From NCBI GenBank assembly GCA_951406725.2, contig OX597822.1:39742001-39806000 (forward strand): DNA of 64,000 bases. The letters run 5' to 3'. Shown here piece by piece: positions 25,586 through 40,165 of this stretch; positions within the stretch are counted from its first letter, which is position 1; each line of letters starts with the position of its first letter. This DNA is from Octopus vulgaris (lineage: Eukaryota). The translations under genes and the position numbers were made by a program. The notes below the pieces were generated by a model. That model did not search any database. It saw only the letters and a program-made list of their open reading frames with translations, and was not told the DNA's origin.

Positions 25586-27255
25586 CCTTGTGTTAAGAAC
25601 ATATAAGAATAGGAAAGAGGAAGACGGGGAAAGAGTCTATAATGAAGACTTAGACGCAAGAATGAGAAATACCAGTTCGTAGACAATTGTACACGGTAAT
25701 TGAAATACTGAATCAAGAAGTTGCAGCGATGATGCTGAACCGGAGTTGCGGTACATGTCGTACGAAGCTGTGGCTGTAATGTTGCTGCCTGGGTTACTTG
25801 GTACAGGAGTTCTAGCAGGTTGTATATTCACTGTTAATGCATGGTGAAGTAATTCACAAACAGTACAATATTGAAACCTGGCGAGTTGCTGGTTGCTGTG
25901 TACGTAGAGAGATGATGTTGACGACGTTAAGAACATAATGGTGGCGACGAAGAAGGAGGTTGCCGTAATGCTGTTGGACGGATGTTGTCGTTTGGCGTTG
26001 TCGCTGGAACTGGCTGTGCATTGTGTGGTCAGAACACACCACTAATTTAACACACCACTAAATACTCTTGCCACAGTCAAAGAATCATACTCGAATCTGA
26101 AATAATAAGAATTTCGCCATCCTTTGTCCTGATCGAATCACAGGAAATTGAGCGAGGGCAATAAATTTGATTTATAAAAGAGTGAATCTACTTAGTATTC
26201 TTTGGATAATATTTTTTCTGATGATCATAGGTACCTTCCTTCGATTATGTAGATGTTGTGCTTTTCATTTCTTTCTTCGACTTAAAAGTTTTATACTGGA
26301 CCCAAAATCATCGCTTTGATGTTGTTGTTTGCATAGATTTCTGAAGAAAGGTAAATAAACAGTGAACATGTTTTTATTGTCATCTTTTGGACACTGTAAC
26401 CTCCAAATTTGGTGACCCAATCCAAAGTTGGTCTCCCTCGTTTCTTGAAGGCATCCTTTCATTTGTATCCTTCAAAGAACTTTAGCTTTGCAAAATCAAC
26501 CATTTTTAAGAATTAAAATTCTGCTTTCAAAATTTGAGTCTTATTTTGAAATACAATTTAGTTCAAACAAAATTATGGTCTATGTCAAATACAGCATCTC
26601 TTAAGACCCAGACGTCTCATACATTCTAGTTTTGCACAATCATGTGCCATTTCTTGGAACGCGGTGAAATTCAAATAGATGAAAACGTTGTAGCAATTGA
26701 ACAAACGAAAGTTCGAGGCAAGCAGTTCCGTTAATGAATTCATTTAGGGTGATGATTGGTTAGTAGAATCGTAAGAGTGCCGGAAAAAATGCCATGTGGT
26801 ATTTAGTTACGGCTGTTTACATTCTGATATTCTGAGTTCAAATCACGCTAGAGTTAACTTTGATTTTATCATGCCGGGGTCAATAAAATAAGCAGAAGTT
26901 AAACACTGGGCAACGATTTAATTGATTAATAACACAATCCAGTTAGTGGAATCGTGTGCGTATATGTATGCGAGTGTGAATTCAAATGCACATGTACGTA
27001 TGTACACACACAATCACACACATACACACATACACATATACTCACACACACACACACATTTACTACACACATGACAGGCTTTCGTACGGGTTCTGTTTCC
27101 CAACTTCATTGTCCAGGCATTGGTCGGCCCGGGTTTATATTAGAAGGAACATGACTAAGGTACCAGATCGCACTGAACCCCAACCATCATCACGCCGACA
27201 TACGCGTGTCTCTAATACATACATACATACATACATACATACATACATACATACA

Positions 27256-27289
<34 letters not shown>

Positions 27290-27291
27290 CA

Positions 27292-28548
27292 TAACATTAA
27301 TCATGAAAGCAGTCTATCATGGACCAATTTCCGGATTACTACATCCCACTTTGAAGGGTATGCGTTTGAACTACAGGAACAGGAAATATTAACCAAGTAC
27401 CTGATGCACAAAAGATATAGAAATGTAGGAAAAGCAGTAAAATGTGACAACCGATGCAAACTTTGTGGAATTAACACCAAAGATATCACCCACATCATAA
27501 GCAGTTGTCCGAAAATGATAACATGGTTATATCTGCCGATGAGACATGAAATAGCTCGGACACTCTATAATGAAATCCGTCGGAAGGATAAGCACGTGGA
27601 CAGAGAAATAAGAACACACAGTATGGTAGAAGCCATAGCCTCTCAATAAAAAAGTGTACTGGTGGAATGTACCAGTGAAGACCTAGATAAAATGTAAGCA
27701 CAACAGACCTAATATAATGATTAGGGAAAAGAGAAGAGAAACTGTGTATATTTGTCGAAACTAGCTGCCCAGCGGATGTTAACATAAAGCTGAAGATCTG
27801 TGAAAAAGAGAATACCTATGCTGAACTATTGAGAAATCTGCAATTACTCTATCCGAATTACAACTTCAGGTTTATACCTGTAATTATTGGGGCCCTGGGA
27901 TATGTAACACATTGTCTAAATACTAATCTTGAGAAATTAGGCTTCTCAAAACCAGAAAGGGAAAAATGTAATTCGAAAACTACAGTTCCAATCCATCACT
28001 GGAACTGTAAAAATCTGCAAAACTTTCCAGAAGTTTAGCATTTAAATATATATGAGCATGTCTAGATATGTAACTCTATGCATGAGAATACATAATAAAA
28101 TATACAAATCTGCACAAACATACATACATACATACATACATACATACATACGTACGTACATACATACAAACAAACATACATACATACATACATACATACA
28201 TACATACATACATGCATACATACATACATACATTCATACATACATACATACATACATACATACATACATACATACATACATTCATACATACATACATACA
28301 TACATACATACATACATACATACATACATACATACATGCAAATACATACATACATACATACATACATACATACATACATACATACATACATACATACATA
28401 CATACATACATACATACATACATACATACAAATAAACAAAAATACTCTGTTGCTGATTTTGAAATTCCAATGAAGCAACTTTGGATCTAGGTTAGAAACC
28501 GGTTTTTTCCCTATTGGCAAGAAATGTTGAAATGCAACTGAACAATGA
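27292..28548 (+). mobile_element. 5'-truncated R4/Dong-like (restriction-like endonuclease) LINE within (CATA)n
   Basis: EGYAFELQEQEI, CCHC knuckle CKLC...DITHIISSC, YLPMRH, KHNRPNIMI (PD mutated), SCPAD, FIPVIIGALG. 3' UTR holds a long (CATA)n. A second 3' fragment lies at 41955-42165. Confidence 0.88.
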
Positions 28549-28962
28549 CATATATACATACAAATATTCATACATACACACATTCATACATACATGCATG
28601 CATGCATACATACATATATACATACATACATTTATACATACATATATTCATACATATATACATACATACATGCATGAATACACATATATATTCATACATA
28701 CATACATACATGCATTGATACATACATACATACATACATGCATACATACATACATACATATATACATACATGCATTCATACATGCATGTATGCACGCATA
28801 CATACATGCATACAAACATACATACATAAATACATACATATATACATACATACATGTATGCATGTATACATTCTTACATACATACATACATACATACATA
28901 CACACATACATACACACATACATGCATACGTACATACATACATACATACATACATACATACA

Positions 28963-28997
<35 letters not shown>

Positions 28998-29219
28998 GCA
29001 TTCATGCATGCGTTAGCAGACATAGATTCATAAATGTCTGGCCGGCTAAATTGATTATATAATAAAATGATGGTGACAACAAGGAACTGATTTGAAGCGA
29101 AATAGTTGTTTTGGATCCAATCAGGTTGTGACCTCGTGTATCCGGTTTACATGATTTAGCCAATGGAAGAACAAGAATCCCGGGTCTCTGAGAGTCGGCT
29201 GGCACAAAAAACAACAACG

Positions 29220-29253
<34 letters not shown>

Positions 29254-29393
29254 AAATGATACCTTCTATTTATTTATTTATTTATCTATTCATTCATTCA
29301 TTTATTTATTTATGTATTTTTTGAATCACTATAAGCCTTCAACAATTTTCCGCTTGGCCATTCCTATCATTCTGATTGGCACCAAACACATTA

Positions 29394-29397
29394 ACTA

Positions 29398-29472
<75 letters not shown>

Positions 29473-30219
29473 TAAAAGTATGAAGAAGTTAACAGCAACA
29501 ACGAAAATATATGTACTGTGTGCAGCCATATAACGCTACACACCAGCACTACCGCCGCCGCCACCACCACCACCACCACCACCACCACCACCACCAGCTC
29601 TGCACCTGCCACCACCACCACCACCATCACCACCAGCACCACTACAATTACTAACACCATTATACCACTACTACCAAAAGTCTTCGCCTCTACTACAACC
29701 ACCACTACCACAATCAGGAAGGCCACCAGCACCAGCACCACCGCCATCACATTCATTAGCATCTCTATCATTACTCAAAAACTATCGGCACCACCGACGC
29801 CACCAGCACCACCATCATCACCGCCGTCATCGTCACCATCCCGACCACACCCACTGCCAACACCCCACCATGCTACTGTTACTGTCCCCGCCGACACTAC
29901 CCTCACCTCCTCCACACTCACTGTCCCTTTACTGCTGACGTCACTTCGGTAATTTGCAAAATATATCTATCACTTGATGTGTGTCAGTGTTAATGCGTCG
30001 ATGTGTACACACACGCACACGCACACGCACACACACACATACACACACACACACACACACGCACGCACACACATACACACACACACGCACACATATGTAT
30101 GTGTGCGCGTGTGTGTAAATGCCTGTGAATACATGCGTGTAAAAGTGTCTGTGTGTGTGCGTGTATGCGTGAGCGTGTCTACGAAAGTGCGCGTGTGTAT
30201 GTGTTTATATGTTACCATG

Positions 30220-30291
<72 letters not shown>

Positions 30292-30347
30292 CATACACAC
30301 ATATATATATACATATATATATATGCATGTGTGTGTGTATGTTTACT

Positions 30348-30412
<65 letters not shown>

Positions 30413-30622
30413 GTATATATATATACATATATAAGTGTGTGTATGTATATATTGACTTGCAGATATAGATATATATACACACACATATATTTGTGCGTGC
30501 GTGTATATGTTTACTTGCATATATAAATATACATATACATACATACATATGTGTGTGTATATTATATATATATACATTTACATATATATATATGTGTGTG
30601 TGTGTGTGTATACGTTTACTTG

Positions 30623-30653
<31 letters not shown>

Positions 30654-30770
30654 ATGTATATATATATTTACATATATATATGTGTATAATTATATATATA
30701 TATGTATATATATACATAGATATATATATTCGTATGTGTGTCTGTGTTTTTGTGTGTGTTGTACCGAGGA
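29394..30770. repeat. Compound low-complexity tract: (ACT)n, (ACC)n, (CA)n, (TA)n
   Basis: Read directly from the sequence. Confidence 0.9.
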
Positions 30771-31058
30771 AATTGGCCTATTGGGGAGTGTTGAAATATA
30801 AACTTGATGAGTTCTTCACGAAAAGATGAAGGAGTACTTGGTGAGGACGATGCTTTTCATACAATTACTCCTGTATTTATTGTTTGTTTTTGTACTTCTT
30901 TTTCTTTCGAGACGGCGGCGGTGGTGAGGGGTGCGAGAAAGGGTATATACGCTTTATTGGTGTGTTTATCGTATGTATTATTTTCGTGCTGATTCAGCCA
31001 TCTCGAAACTTGCGTCTTTATGCATACGAACAGAAGTGTATCTGTGTGTGCGCGTGTC

Positions 31059-31122
<64 letters not shown>

Positions 31123-31139
31123 CATACATATGTATGTAT

Positions 31140-31483
31140 ATGCGTGGCACCTTGGGCAAGTGTCTTATACTATAGCCTCGGGCCGACCAAAGCTTTGTGA
31201 GTGGATTTGGTAGACGGAAACTGAAAGAAGCCCGTCGTATATATGTATATATATATATATGCGTGTGTGTGTGTTTGTGTGTTTGTGTTTGTCCCCCTAG
31301 CATTGCTTGACAACCGATGCTGGTGTGTTTATGTCCCCGTTACTTAGCGGTTCGGCAAAAGAGACCGATTGAATAAGTACTGGGCTTACAAAAGAATAAG
31401 TCCCGGGGTCGAGTTGTTCGATTAAAGGCGGTGCTCCAGCATGGCCGCAGTCAAATGACTGAAACAAGTAAAAGAGTAAAAAG

Positions 31484-31488
<5 letters not shown>
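31140..31488 (+). mobile_element. SINE-B, 5'-truncated
   Basis: tgcgtggcaccttgggcaagtgtc...ggcggtgctccagcatggccgcagtcaaatgactgaaacaagtaaaagag. A further diverged copy lies at 31900-32225. Confidence 0.92.
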
Positions 31489-31518
<30 letters not shown>

Positions 31519-31698
31519 TAACGTTTGTTCTTGTGTACAGTTATAATAAAAACAATTTTACGTTAATCTGGCGGGTACTCTGTAGAGTACAAATTTATTA
31601 TGCTTAAACAGGAATATCGTTGACAGTGACTTCGAAGTTTCGGCCAGCAAAGCCATTGTCGGACTAGTTTAAGAATAACAAATGTATATATATATATA

Positions 31699-31781
<83 letters not shown>

Positions 31782-31792
31782 TAAATAAGTAA

Positions 31793-31861
<69 letters not shown>

Positions 31862-32513
31862 CAGATAGATAGATAGATAGATAGTTAGATATAAAATGTC
31901 TGTTGTTGTGGTAAGAAGTTTGCTCCCCAACCATATGGTTCTGGGTTCAATCCTGTTGCGTGGAACCTCGGGTAAGTGTCTTGTACTATAGCCTCTGGCC
32001 GACCAATGCCTTGTGAGTAGATTTGATAAACGGTAACTGAAAGAAGCCCTTCATATGTATTTGTGTGTGGCTATGTCTATACCTGTGTGTGTCTTCTCCA
32101 CAACTTGACAGCCGGTGCTGGTGAGTTTATCTTCCCGTAACTCAGAGGCTCGGCAAAGGAGACCGATAGAATAAGTACCATGCTTAACAAAATAAGTACT
32201 GGAGTCGATTTGTTCGGCTAAAATTAGTCAAGTCGTTTTTTTTTGCCCGAAGTTACCGTTGTCTTTTCCGTAGGCTTTTCTTTCCCTGTATAAACCTAAT
32301 CTGTTTCTACTTTTTACACTATGACATTTCTGTGATACACGATCCCTATTGATAGGCCTTTTTTTTTAACGATCCCTTTTGATCGAATTTCTACCCCCTC
32401 CTTGTTTTTCTTTTTTTCCCCTTCTCTTCCTAAAAAGAAAAGCTCTATTTTGTATTTTGTCCCTTCTGTGCTCAACCCTGCGTGGCCAATAAAGAAACAT
32501 ATCTATCTATCTT

Positions 32514-32583
<70 letters not shown>

Positions 32584-32989
32584 ATCTATCTATCTATCTA
32601 TCTATATATCTATCTATCTATCTATCTATCCCTCGAGGGTTAATATGTCCATTATTAAACTATTTTCTTTAGTCATTGCGCGGTGATCGCTATAAGCTTT
32701 AATCTTATAAAATACTACTATTATTATTTGCAGGAAATACACACACACACATACACACGCACACACACACACATCATCATCATCATCATTGTTCGACACA
32801 TACAAATATACACACACGCGCGCATGCACACACACATATTAAAAATCGAATTATGCGCATATCTAAATGTATAATACATACATTTATCCGCACGAACACA
32901 TGAAAATGTATGTAACTTAAACACAGGTACGCACACACATGCATACATACACATGCACAAGATATATAAATATAAAAATAAATGAGCCC

Positions 32990-33210
32990 TTTTAAAACCT
33001 AGCCAGGCTCATGGGCCCGGTTTCCAGGTTTCAATGGCGTATGTTTTCACCAGCTGGACGGGACGCCAGTCCATCGCAGCGTTAGTCATTTTTGCCAGCC
33101 GAGTGGACTGGAGCAACGTGAAATGAAGTGTTGCCCGGTCCAGGAATCGAAACCACAATCTTACGATCATGATGCTGACACCCTAACCACTAAGCCACGT
33201 GCCTCCACCA
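32990..33210 (-). mobile_element. SINE-C variant
   Basis: Revcomp head ggaggcacgtggcttagtggttagggtgtc...ggtttcgattcctggaccgggc. Related diverged copies at 17650-17770(-), 37060-37225(-), 41140-41280(+) and 55130-55375(+). Confidence 0.85.
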
Positions 33211-33258
33211 CAAGATATATAAATATATATAAGCATACATACATATACATTCATACAC

Positions 33259-33300
<42 letters not shown>

Positions 33301-33585
33301 ATGCATCAATGTCTGTCAGTCGTGCATTAATGTTGATATATGCTTAAACGCATCACTAGCATACATGCATATAATTCCATATAACCGTATACAAACAAGT
33401 TTCATTTACACATATAGAAGCATATATGAGTACTTTGGTCCTCGCACCTAAATAGTCACTTATCCGCATTGCCATCATAAGATATTCTACTTGAACATTC
33501 ATCAATATACAAGATTTTTGACATAAAAGTGACTCACATCTAGAATTTCATCGTCCCATTTCATTGAAGTTACTACTTCGACAGT

Positions 33586-33885
33586 GGAGGCACATGGCCT
33601 AATGGTTAGAGCAGCGGACTCTCGGTCGAGGGATCGTGGGTTCAGATCTCAGACCGAGCGATGTGTGTGTTTATGAGAGAAACACCTAAGGTCCACGTGG
33701 CTCCGGAAGAAGGTAATGGCGAACGTCTGCTGACTCATTCGCCACAACTATCTCTCACTCTTTTCTCCTGCATCTTGCAGCTCACCTGCGACGGACCGGC
33801 GTCCCGTCCAGGTGGGGAACCTATATGCCAAGGAAACCGGGAAACAGGCCCTTATGAGCCAGGCGTGGCTCGAGAAGGAACAAAC
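33586..33885 (+). mobile_element. Full-length SINE-C with target site duplication
   Basis: ggaggcacatggcctaatggttagagcagcggactc...gagaaggaacaaac. TSD acttcgaca at 33575-33583 and 33887-33895. Confidence 0.92.
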
Positions 33886-34247
33886 GACTTCGACAATGTT
33901 GAGAATATGAATGCTATAAAGTATCATCAATTTCGGAATAAAATTAAACGCTAACGTACCTATGTTTTATAAATCTTATTCCCACATACTGATAGGGGTA
34001 CAATAATTCCTATTCTTAGCAAAATCTTCAGCAAAATAGAACTCATTTGTATCCGTTGTACATAACTCACAACGCTTTTTATCAATATTATAAGACTTAG
34101 CTTTTAGTACAAGATTAAAATGGTTATGTTTACCTGGAAAATATTTCGTGTGTGTGTTTGTGTGTTCCGGTTATATTCTTTGTTACTTTCATATTAAACG
34201 GTGGATTATACGAAATATGTCTTTGGGTATTGGCTAGACTTTGCATT

Positions 34248-34290
<43 letters not shown>

Positions 34291-34447
34291 GCATTAACAA
34301 TAGAGAGTAATCGCAACACAAAACAGCACATACCATAAAACAACATTAGGTAGAAAAATATTGAGAGACGACGCATCCATACTTTATAAAATTCCCGCCA
34401 AAATTGATGATTAATAATGGAAGCAATACTCATATTCCAACACAAAG

Positions 34448-34505
<58 letters not shown>

Positions 34506-34599
34506 AAACACATATTTGCACGTGCGTGCGTGTATGTGTGTGTGGTTGTGGGTGAGTGAGAGTGTGTGTGCGTGTGCATAATATAGAACATATCTACAA

Positions 34600-36420
34600 T
34601 ATGAAGGGGATTATTTTCTTAGTTCATAACAAAACTTATAATATTTGGTTCAAGGGATCCACAAATACGCTCCCCATAAGAAACACCCGAGCTCTGTTCA
34701 ACTTGAACTACAACAAAGCTGACTGTACATTGACTCCCAAAGAGTTCTTGATACAGAAATGGCCAAGAAGTATATCTATGCATCTTGGCAGGGCAATAAC
34801 ATAAAAACTTGAGTAATGTAGGTCAACAGTGCAATTTATGTGCTTTAGAAGTGCTGCAAATGGAAACTGAAATATACACAAAAATATAATTTCCTGAGAA
34901 AATAAAATTAACATGAGACTAAGAGCAACGGTCTCACATTGCTTAAATAGGCAATTAAAAGACAGCGAAAATCCTGCTTAAGTTAGAGAAAAAGAGAACG
35001 AATCCTTGCACTCTTGTGAAGCGGAGAAATCTGATAGAGAAATCAACACTAAAGTATTCTTGACATTTGCTTGAGAGTCAGCGACAGCGCATCTTAAAAT
35101 AGAGTCATTGTTTCAGGAAGATAACTTACTAATGGAAGACTCCAAAAAGTTAAGTGAAATCCTGAACGAGCAGTTCCGAAAGTGTTTTCACCTCCCTGCT
35201 GGAAGACTTGCGGATAAATAAACTTGATGAGGTTTTTGAAAAGCACGGTCCTACATACGGAAGTGACATCCATCAAATTATACCAATATGAAGAGGAAGT
35301 TCCAATATGGGTCTCAGATGATATAAGCTTAAGCACTTCAACAGACACCTATGGATTTCCTGTAATCCTCTTAGAAACCTGTAAACATGTTTCAGCTCAG
35401 CCACTCCAGATAATTTTAAGTCTTTTGGCAAATGGGAAATCACCGAAAAAGTTGAAGGTAGGCATAAAATCTTCCGTTCATAGAGAAGGAAACAGAGCAG
35501 ATACTAACAGTTACAGGCCCATGTTTCTCATTTCTCATGGCAATGAAGTCATAGAAGAAATTATCATAAAGAAACTGCTTTTTGTTCTTAGATGAAAATG
35601 ATCCGCTAAATAACACTCTGCAGGGATTTCTTCCAGTAAGAAGCTGTTTCATAGAGCTTCTTATTTCTTTATTGCCCACAAGGGGCTAAACATGGAGGGG
35701 ACAAACAAGGACAGACAAAGGGATAGAGTCGATTACATCGACCCCAGTGCGTAACTGGTACTTAATTTATCGACCCCGAAAGGATGAAAGGCAAAGTCGA
35801 CCTCGCCGGAATTTGAACTCAGAATGTAACGGCAGACGAAATACCTCTAAGTATTTCGCCCGGCGTGCTAACGTTTCTGCCAGCTCGCCGCCTTTTATAG
35901 AGCTTCAGCAACCCTATAACTGAGTAAAGCAACCATTCGAAGGCGGAATATCGACTTTGCAAAGGCTCTCGATAAAGTCGATGACGAGATAACGTGTCGC
36001 AAATTGCGTGGTCACTGCATATTTGGGAAATGAGAAGACTGGCCGTCTGAGATTTTAAGCGGCAGAAGTCAGTCGGTTGTAAATTACTGTACTCTCAAAG
36101 AAAACATCAATTTTAAATAAAGTCTCACAGAGAACTGTCTTTCTGTCACTACTTTTTTATTGTGACTCTACCAAACATACCCTCGATTCTACAAATAGCT
36201 ACTATCACTTGCTATGCTGATGATACGTAAGTATCTCAAGTAATTTAAGAGCCCTGGTGAGGCTGGAAACCTGCAGCAGAATCGTGATCTATGAAGCGGG
36301 TGACGAAAATAGTATGCAGCTTTAACTGGAAAATTTCGAGCTCTTCACTACCGGCCCACAAACACTCCACAAGTAGGATGCGCAGGACCGGAGAGGATTG
36401 CAATTTCAAACTCATAGCCA
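34600..36420 (+). mobile_element. Decayed CR1-like LINE (RT region) interrupted by a SINE-A
   Basis: GFPVILL..C...AQPL, GNRADTNSYRPMFLISH (~NYRPISL.S), QGF, IDFAKALDKV, ITCYADDT. Left boundary approximate. Confidence 0.82.
35661..35894 (-). mobile_element. Full-length SINE-A monomer with TSD
   Basis: Complete head to tail; TSD atagagcttc at 35651-35660 and 35897-35906. Confidence 0.95.
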
Positions 36421-36432
36421 ATACTTAACACG

Positions 36433-36498
<66 letters not shown>

Positions 36499-36882
36499 AC
36501 TAGCTGAGCACGTGCCGTCAATAATGACGGCTAATTGTAATATTTTATATATAAATAAGGTACAGAATGAGGTACATAATAATCACACATACAAATATTC
36601 ACACACTTTCCTTGTACATGCACACACATACACACATATACTCACACAGAGTTGAAACGCTGGTTCTTTTCCACCCCTTTCCTTTCTTATTCGTCTATCA
36701 CTCCTTCCTTTTTCTCATCGCTATTATTTTCTCTCACTCCCTCTCAGCCAGGGCTATTACTCTCACTACTTCTCCTTCACTGAATTACTATTTTCTCTCC
36801 TCCTCCGCGGCCGGCGTGATCCTGGACAAATATGCATATATATATAAATATATAAAAACACTACGCTCATTATTATATTAAA
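36499..36882 (-). mobile_element. Non-autonomous Helitron-like element
   Basis: On the minus strand it ends with hairpin gccgtca-ttat-tgacggc then CTAGT. The other end, ctcattattatattaaat, resembles a Helitron-type TC-TAATATAATAA 5' end (one mismatch). Confidence 0.6.
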
Positions 36883-37548
36883 TGGTGTATCTTTTCGTGT
36901 ACACATTTGTAACTTGCCAATGATATACAAAGTAGTGGCGGAATATGTATTGAGATAATTCGATTCGAATGAGCAAAAATACATGCTGTTTTTGTGTAGA
37001 ACATTTTTCCATAGCCCTCTGGATTATTAGGATAAATCTCCTTCCCAAATCATATAGACGCACTGGTCCATCGCATGATTATTCATTTGTGCTCGCTGAG
37101 TGGACTGGAAAAACGCAGAATGTAGTGTTTTACTCAAAAACACAACGCATCACCTTGACCAGAAATCGAAACCACAATCTTACTATCATGACTTCAACAA
37201 CCTTACCATTAAGCCACGCACCTTAACTGGATTATGACTCATAACTATAACCACAACATAGTATTCTAGGTAGGTCTAGAAGCAATCCAGTAATGCTACA
37301 CTAAGAAAGTAACCTCAATATAATAACTGAGCTTCTGAGAAAGGGAGAGAACTCTAAAACACTCTTCCTTATACAGAAAACGAGAAAGATATACAATGTC
37401 GTATATATAAAAGGTTCTTGAAGAGCTGGCAATGAACTTTGATGTTGAAATCTATAACACTTTCTTACAAAGTTCTAGATACTTCGCTCTCCCTATTCGA
37501 AAATCAACACAAGCACACTGAAGCACCAATATATTCTACAAATTTTGT

Positions 37549-37750
37549 TATATTTCAGGATGGTTATTTTCTTTTGGCCAAATAAACACACGCACTGTAT
37601 ATTCGTTCTTCACTAGTTTATTACTGTTCTTATTTTATCTAATGTCGATTGCCCGAAAATCTTACGTTACACACATTTGAGCTCTTCGGCGACCCTTTCT
37701 GCCCATTCTTCTTATTTGGCAAGAAAAATAAAATACCATCCCGAAATATA
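37549..37750. mobile_element. MITE with ~36-bp TIRs
   Basis: tatatttcaggatggttattttcttttggccaaata vs revcomp of tatttggcaagaaaaataaaataccatcccgaaatata. Confidence 0.7.
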
Positions 37751-37898
37751 ACGATATTTGTTTCAACACATGGTTTCACATCAGGAATCTTGCTACACAG
37801 ATTCATAAACTTAACAAATTCTTAATCTAAAACAATCCATTCACCCATCTGAAGAGCTGATTATTTTTATGATAATGATATTCCTGATGATGATGATA

Positions 37899-37963
<65 letters not shown>

Positions 37964-38349
37964 AATGATGACGACGAGGGCGGCGTCGACGACGATGAAA
38001 ACGCCGATGGCGGTGGTGGTAGTGGTGGTGGTGGTGGTGGTAAAAGTGATTACAATAACAATGATAATAGTGGTAATAATCGTGATGATAATGGTAAAAA
38101 TAACGACCATAACAATTGTGATTATAGTCATAATAAAAACGAAGATAATGGGGAAAATAACAATGAAAGTAATTGCTGATGACAGTATCTTGTACAGAGA
38201 GGAATGTCCCATAGACAAAACAAGTCATTCAACTTGTACAAATTTTTAGGTTATTCACGTTGTAAGAAAAAATACAGATGTCACCCACGATACAGTATTA
38301 CTTCCAAATATCTTTGATGACGGAAATAATTTTCTTTAGAATCTCTGGA

Positions 38350-38492
38350 GATGGCTGCCATTTCTTAAGATGTCGCTGACTTTAGCCGCCATACCTTTGG
38401 ATGTCATTGACTGTAGCTGTCATTTCTCCAGATGTCGCTGACTACAGCCATCATGTCTCCAGATGTCGCCTACTATAGCTGTTAGTCCTCCA
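38350..38492. repeat. 31-bp minisatellite, ~4.5 diverged copies
   Basis: gatgtc anchors at 38369, 38400, 38431 and 38462. Confidence 0.85.
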
Positions 38493-38779
38493 TGTGTTGG
38501 TGATAGCATTCCCGTCAGATGTTTCTCTTCTATTTAAATCTGATTCAAAACAACCTGATTTCAATTTTATTAAGTCTCCTCACTAGACGCTTTGCATACC
38601 AAATTTTTCGATATAACTGTATATAGGTGTGTATGTGTGTGTATGTATGTATTATGTATGCATCTACGTGTGTGTGTGCGTGTGTTCGCGTGCGTAAATG
38701 CATGTGTGTGTGTGTGTTCACGTATAAAAGTATATACGGGTGTGTTGTGTATCTATAGACAAAGAAAGAGAAAGAGTGA

Positions 38780-38801
38780 AAGATAGATAGACAGAGAGAT
38801 G

Positions 38802-38888
<87 letters not shown>

Positions 38889-38989
38889 GGATGGATGGAT
38901 GGATGGATGGATAAATAGATAGATAGCTAGATAAAGTGATAGATAGACAGAAATACGGATAGATAGATACATCCATTGAAAGATAGAGG

Positions 38990-39039
<50 letters not shown>

Positions 39040-39206
39040 AAGATAGATAGATAGATAGATGAATAGATAGATAGACAGACAGACAGACAGATATATATAT
39101 ATAGATAGATAGATAGATAGAGGGATAGATAGATAGATAGATAGATAGGTAGGTAGATAGATAGATAGATGAATAGATAGATAGACAGACAGACAGACAA
39201 ACAAAC

Positions 39207-39254
<48 letters not shown>

Positions 39255-39255
39255 G

Positions 39256-39294
<39 letters not shown>

Positions 39295-39566
39295 GAGTTG
39301 ACAGGGTCGTAGTCAGAGTGGTACATGGACAGACAGTTAGTCAGATATTTAGAGAAGTACATATGATACCGATAGATAACAAAAATACACAAAAAGAGGC
39401 AACATGATCGAGCGAGAGAGAGAGAAAGAGAAAGAGAGAAAGAGAGGGAGAGAGAGAAAGAGAGAAAGAAAGAGAGAGAGAAAGAGAGAGAGAGAGTGAG
39501 AGAGTGGTATAGAGAAGAGTCTGTAGTGCAGTGTGTGTTAAAGAGAGAGAGTGTGTGTATGTATGT

Positions 39567-39606
<40 letters not shown>

Positions 39607-39660
39607 ACGTATGCGTGTGTGCGTGAGCGCGCGTGTGTGCGTGAGCGCGCATGTGTGCCT
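38780..39660. repeat. (GATA)n / (GA)n / (GT)n microsatellite block
   Basis: Read directly from the sequence. Confidence 0.95.
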
Positions 39661-40093
39661 GTCTGCAAATAAGTGAAGAGCAGCAGAGTCGGTGCATCAT
39701 CAAAGCGGTAATGGCGAGTGTCACTGAACTCTTGCAGACATTCTCACAGGCTGCCAGCCGACGAACAAGCCAACCGGCCAGCCAGCCAGCCAGAAGGACA
39801 CGCAGTCTTTGAGAAAAGAAAGGAGAGAGAGAAAGAGAGAGAGAGAGAGAGGCATAAGAGACGGACCCGTAATCAGATCGAGTCAAAAGCGGATCTGCAC
39901 ATTTTTCTAATGTGCTGAATGTATCTTTATGACAGTGCAAAGCACTGCACTGTGGACAAGGGTAGGAGGGATGTGAATATTTTTGCAGACAGAGATACAC
40001 ACTCACACACACATATATATAGATACATACATACATGTATATATGTACGTGTGTATATATACATACATACATACATGTATGTATGTATGTATG

Positions 40094-40165
<72 letters not shown>

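Noticed and set aside
25637-26500. ORFs 25637-25936, 25854-26042 and 26265-26462 as host exons
   Set aside because: No recognisable domain or convincing splice pairs; could be decayed transposon sequence that I could not assign.
29518-29952. Mucin-like Thr/Pro/Ser-rich ORF
   Set aside because: Degenerate (ACC)n/(ACT)n tract that is also open on the opposite strand; no splice or domain evidence.
33586-33660. tRNA gene (also 25510-25585, 48010-48078, 63305-63380, 16291-16358, 6520-6590)
   Set aside because: A/B boxes are present but I could not fold a proper cloverleaf, and most continue into a shared repeat body, so they are SINE heads.
37827-38249. Poly-His / poly-Met ORFs
   Set aside because: (GAT)n/(GGT)n microsatellite translations.
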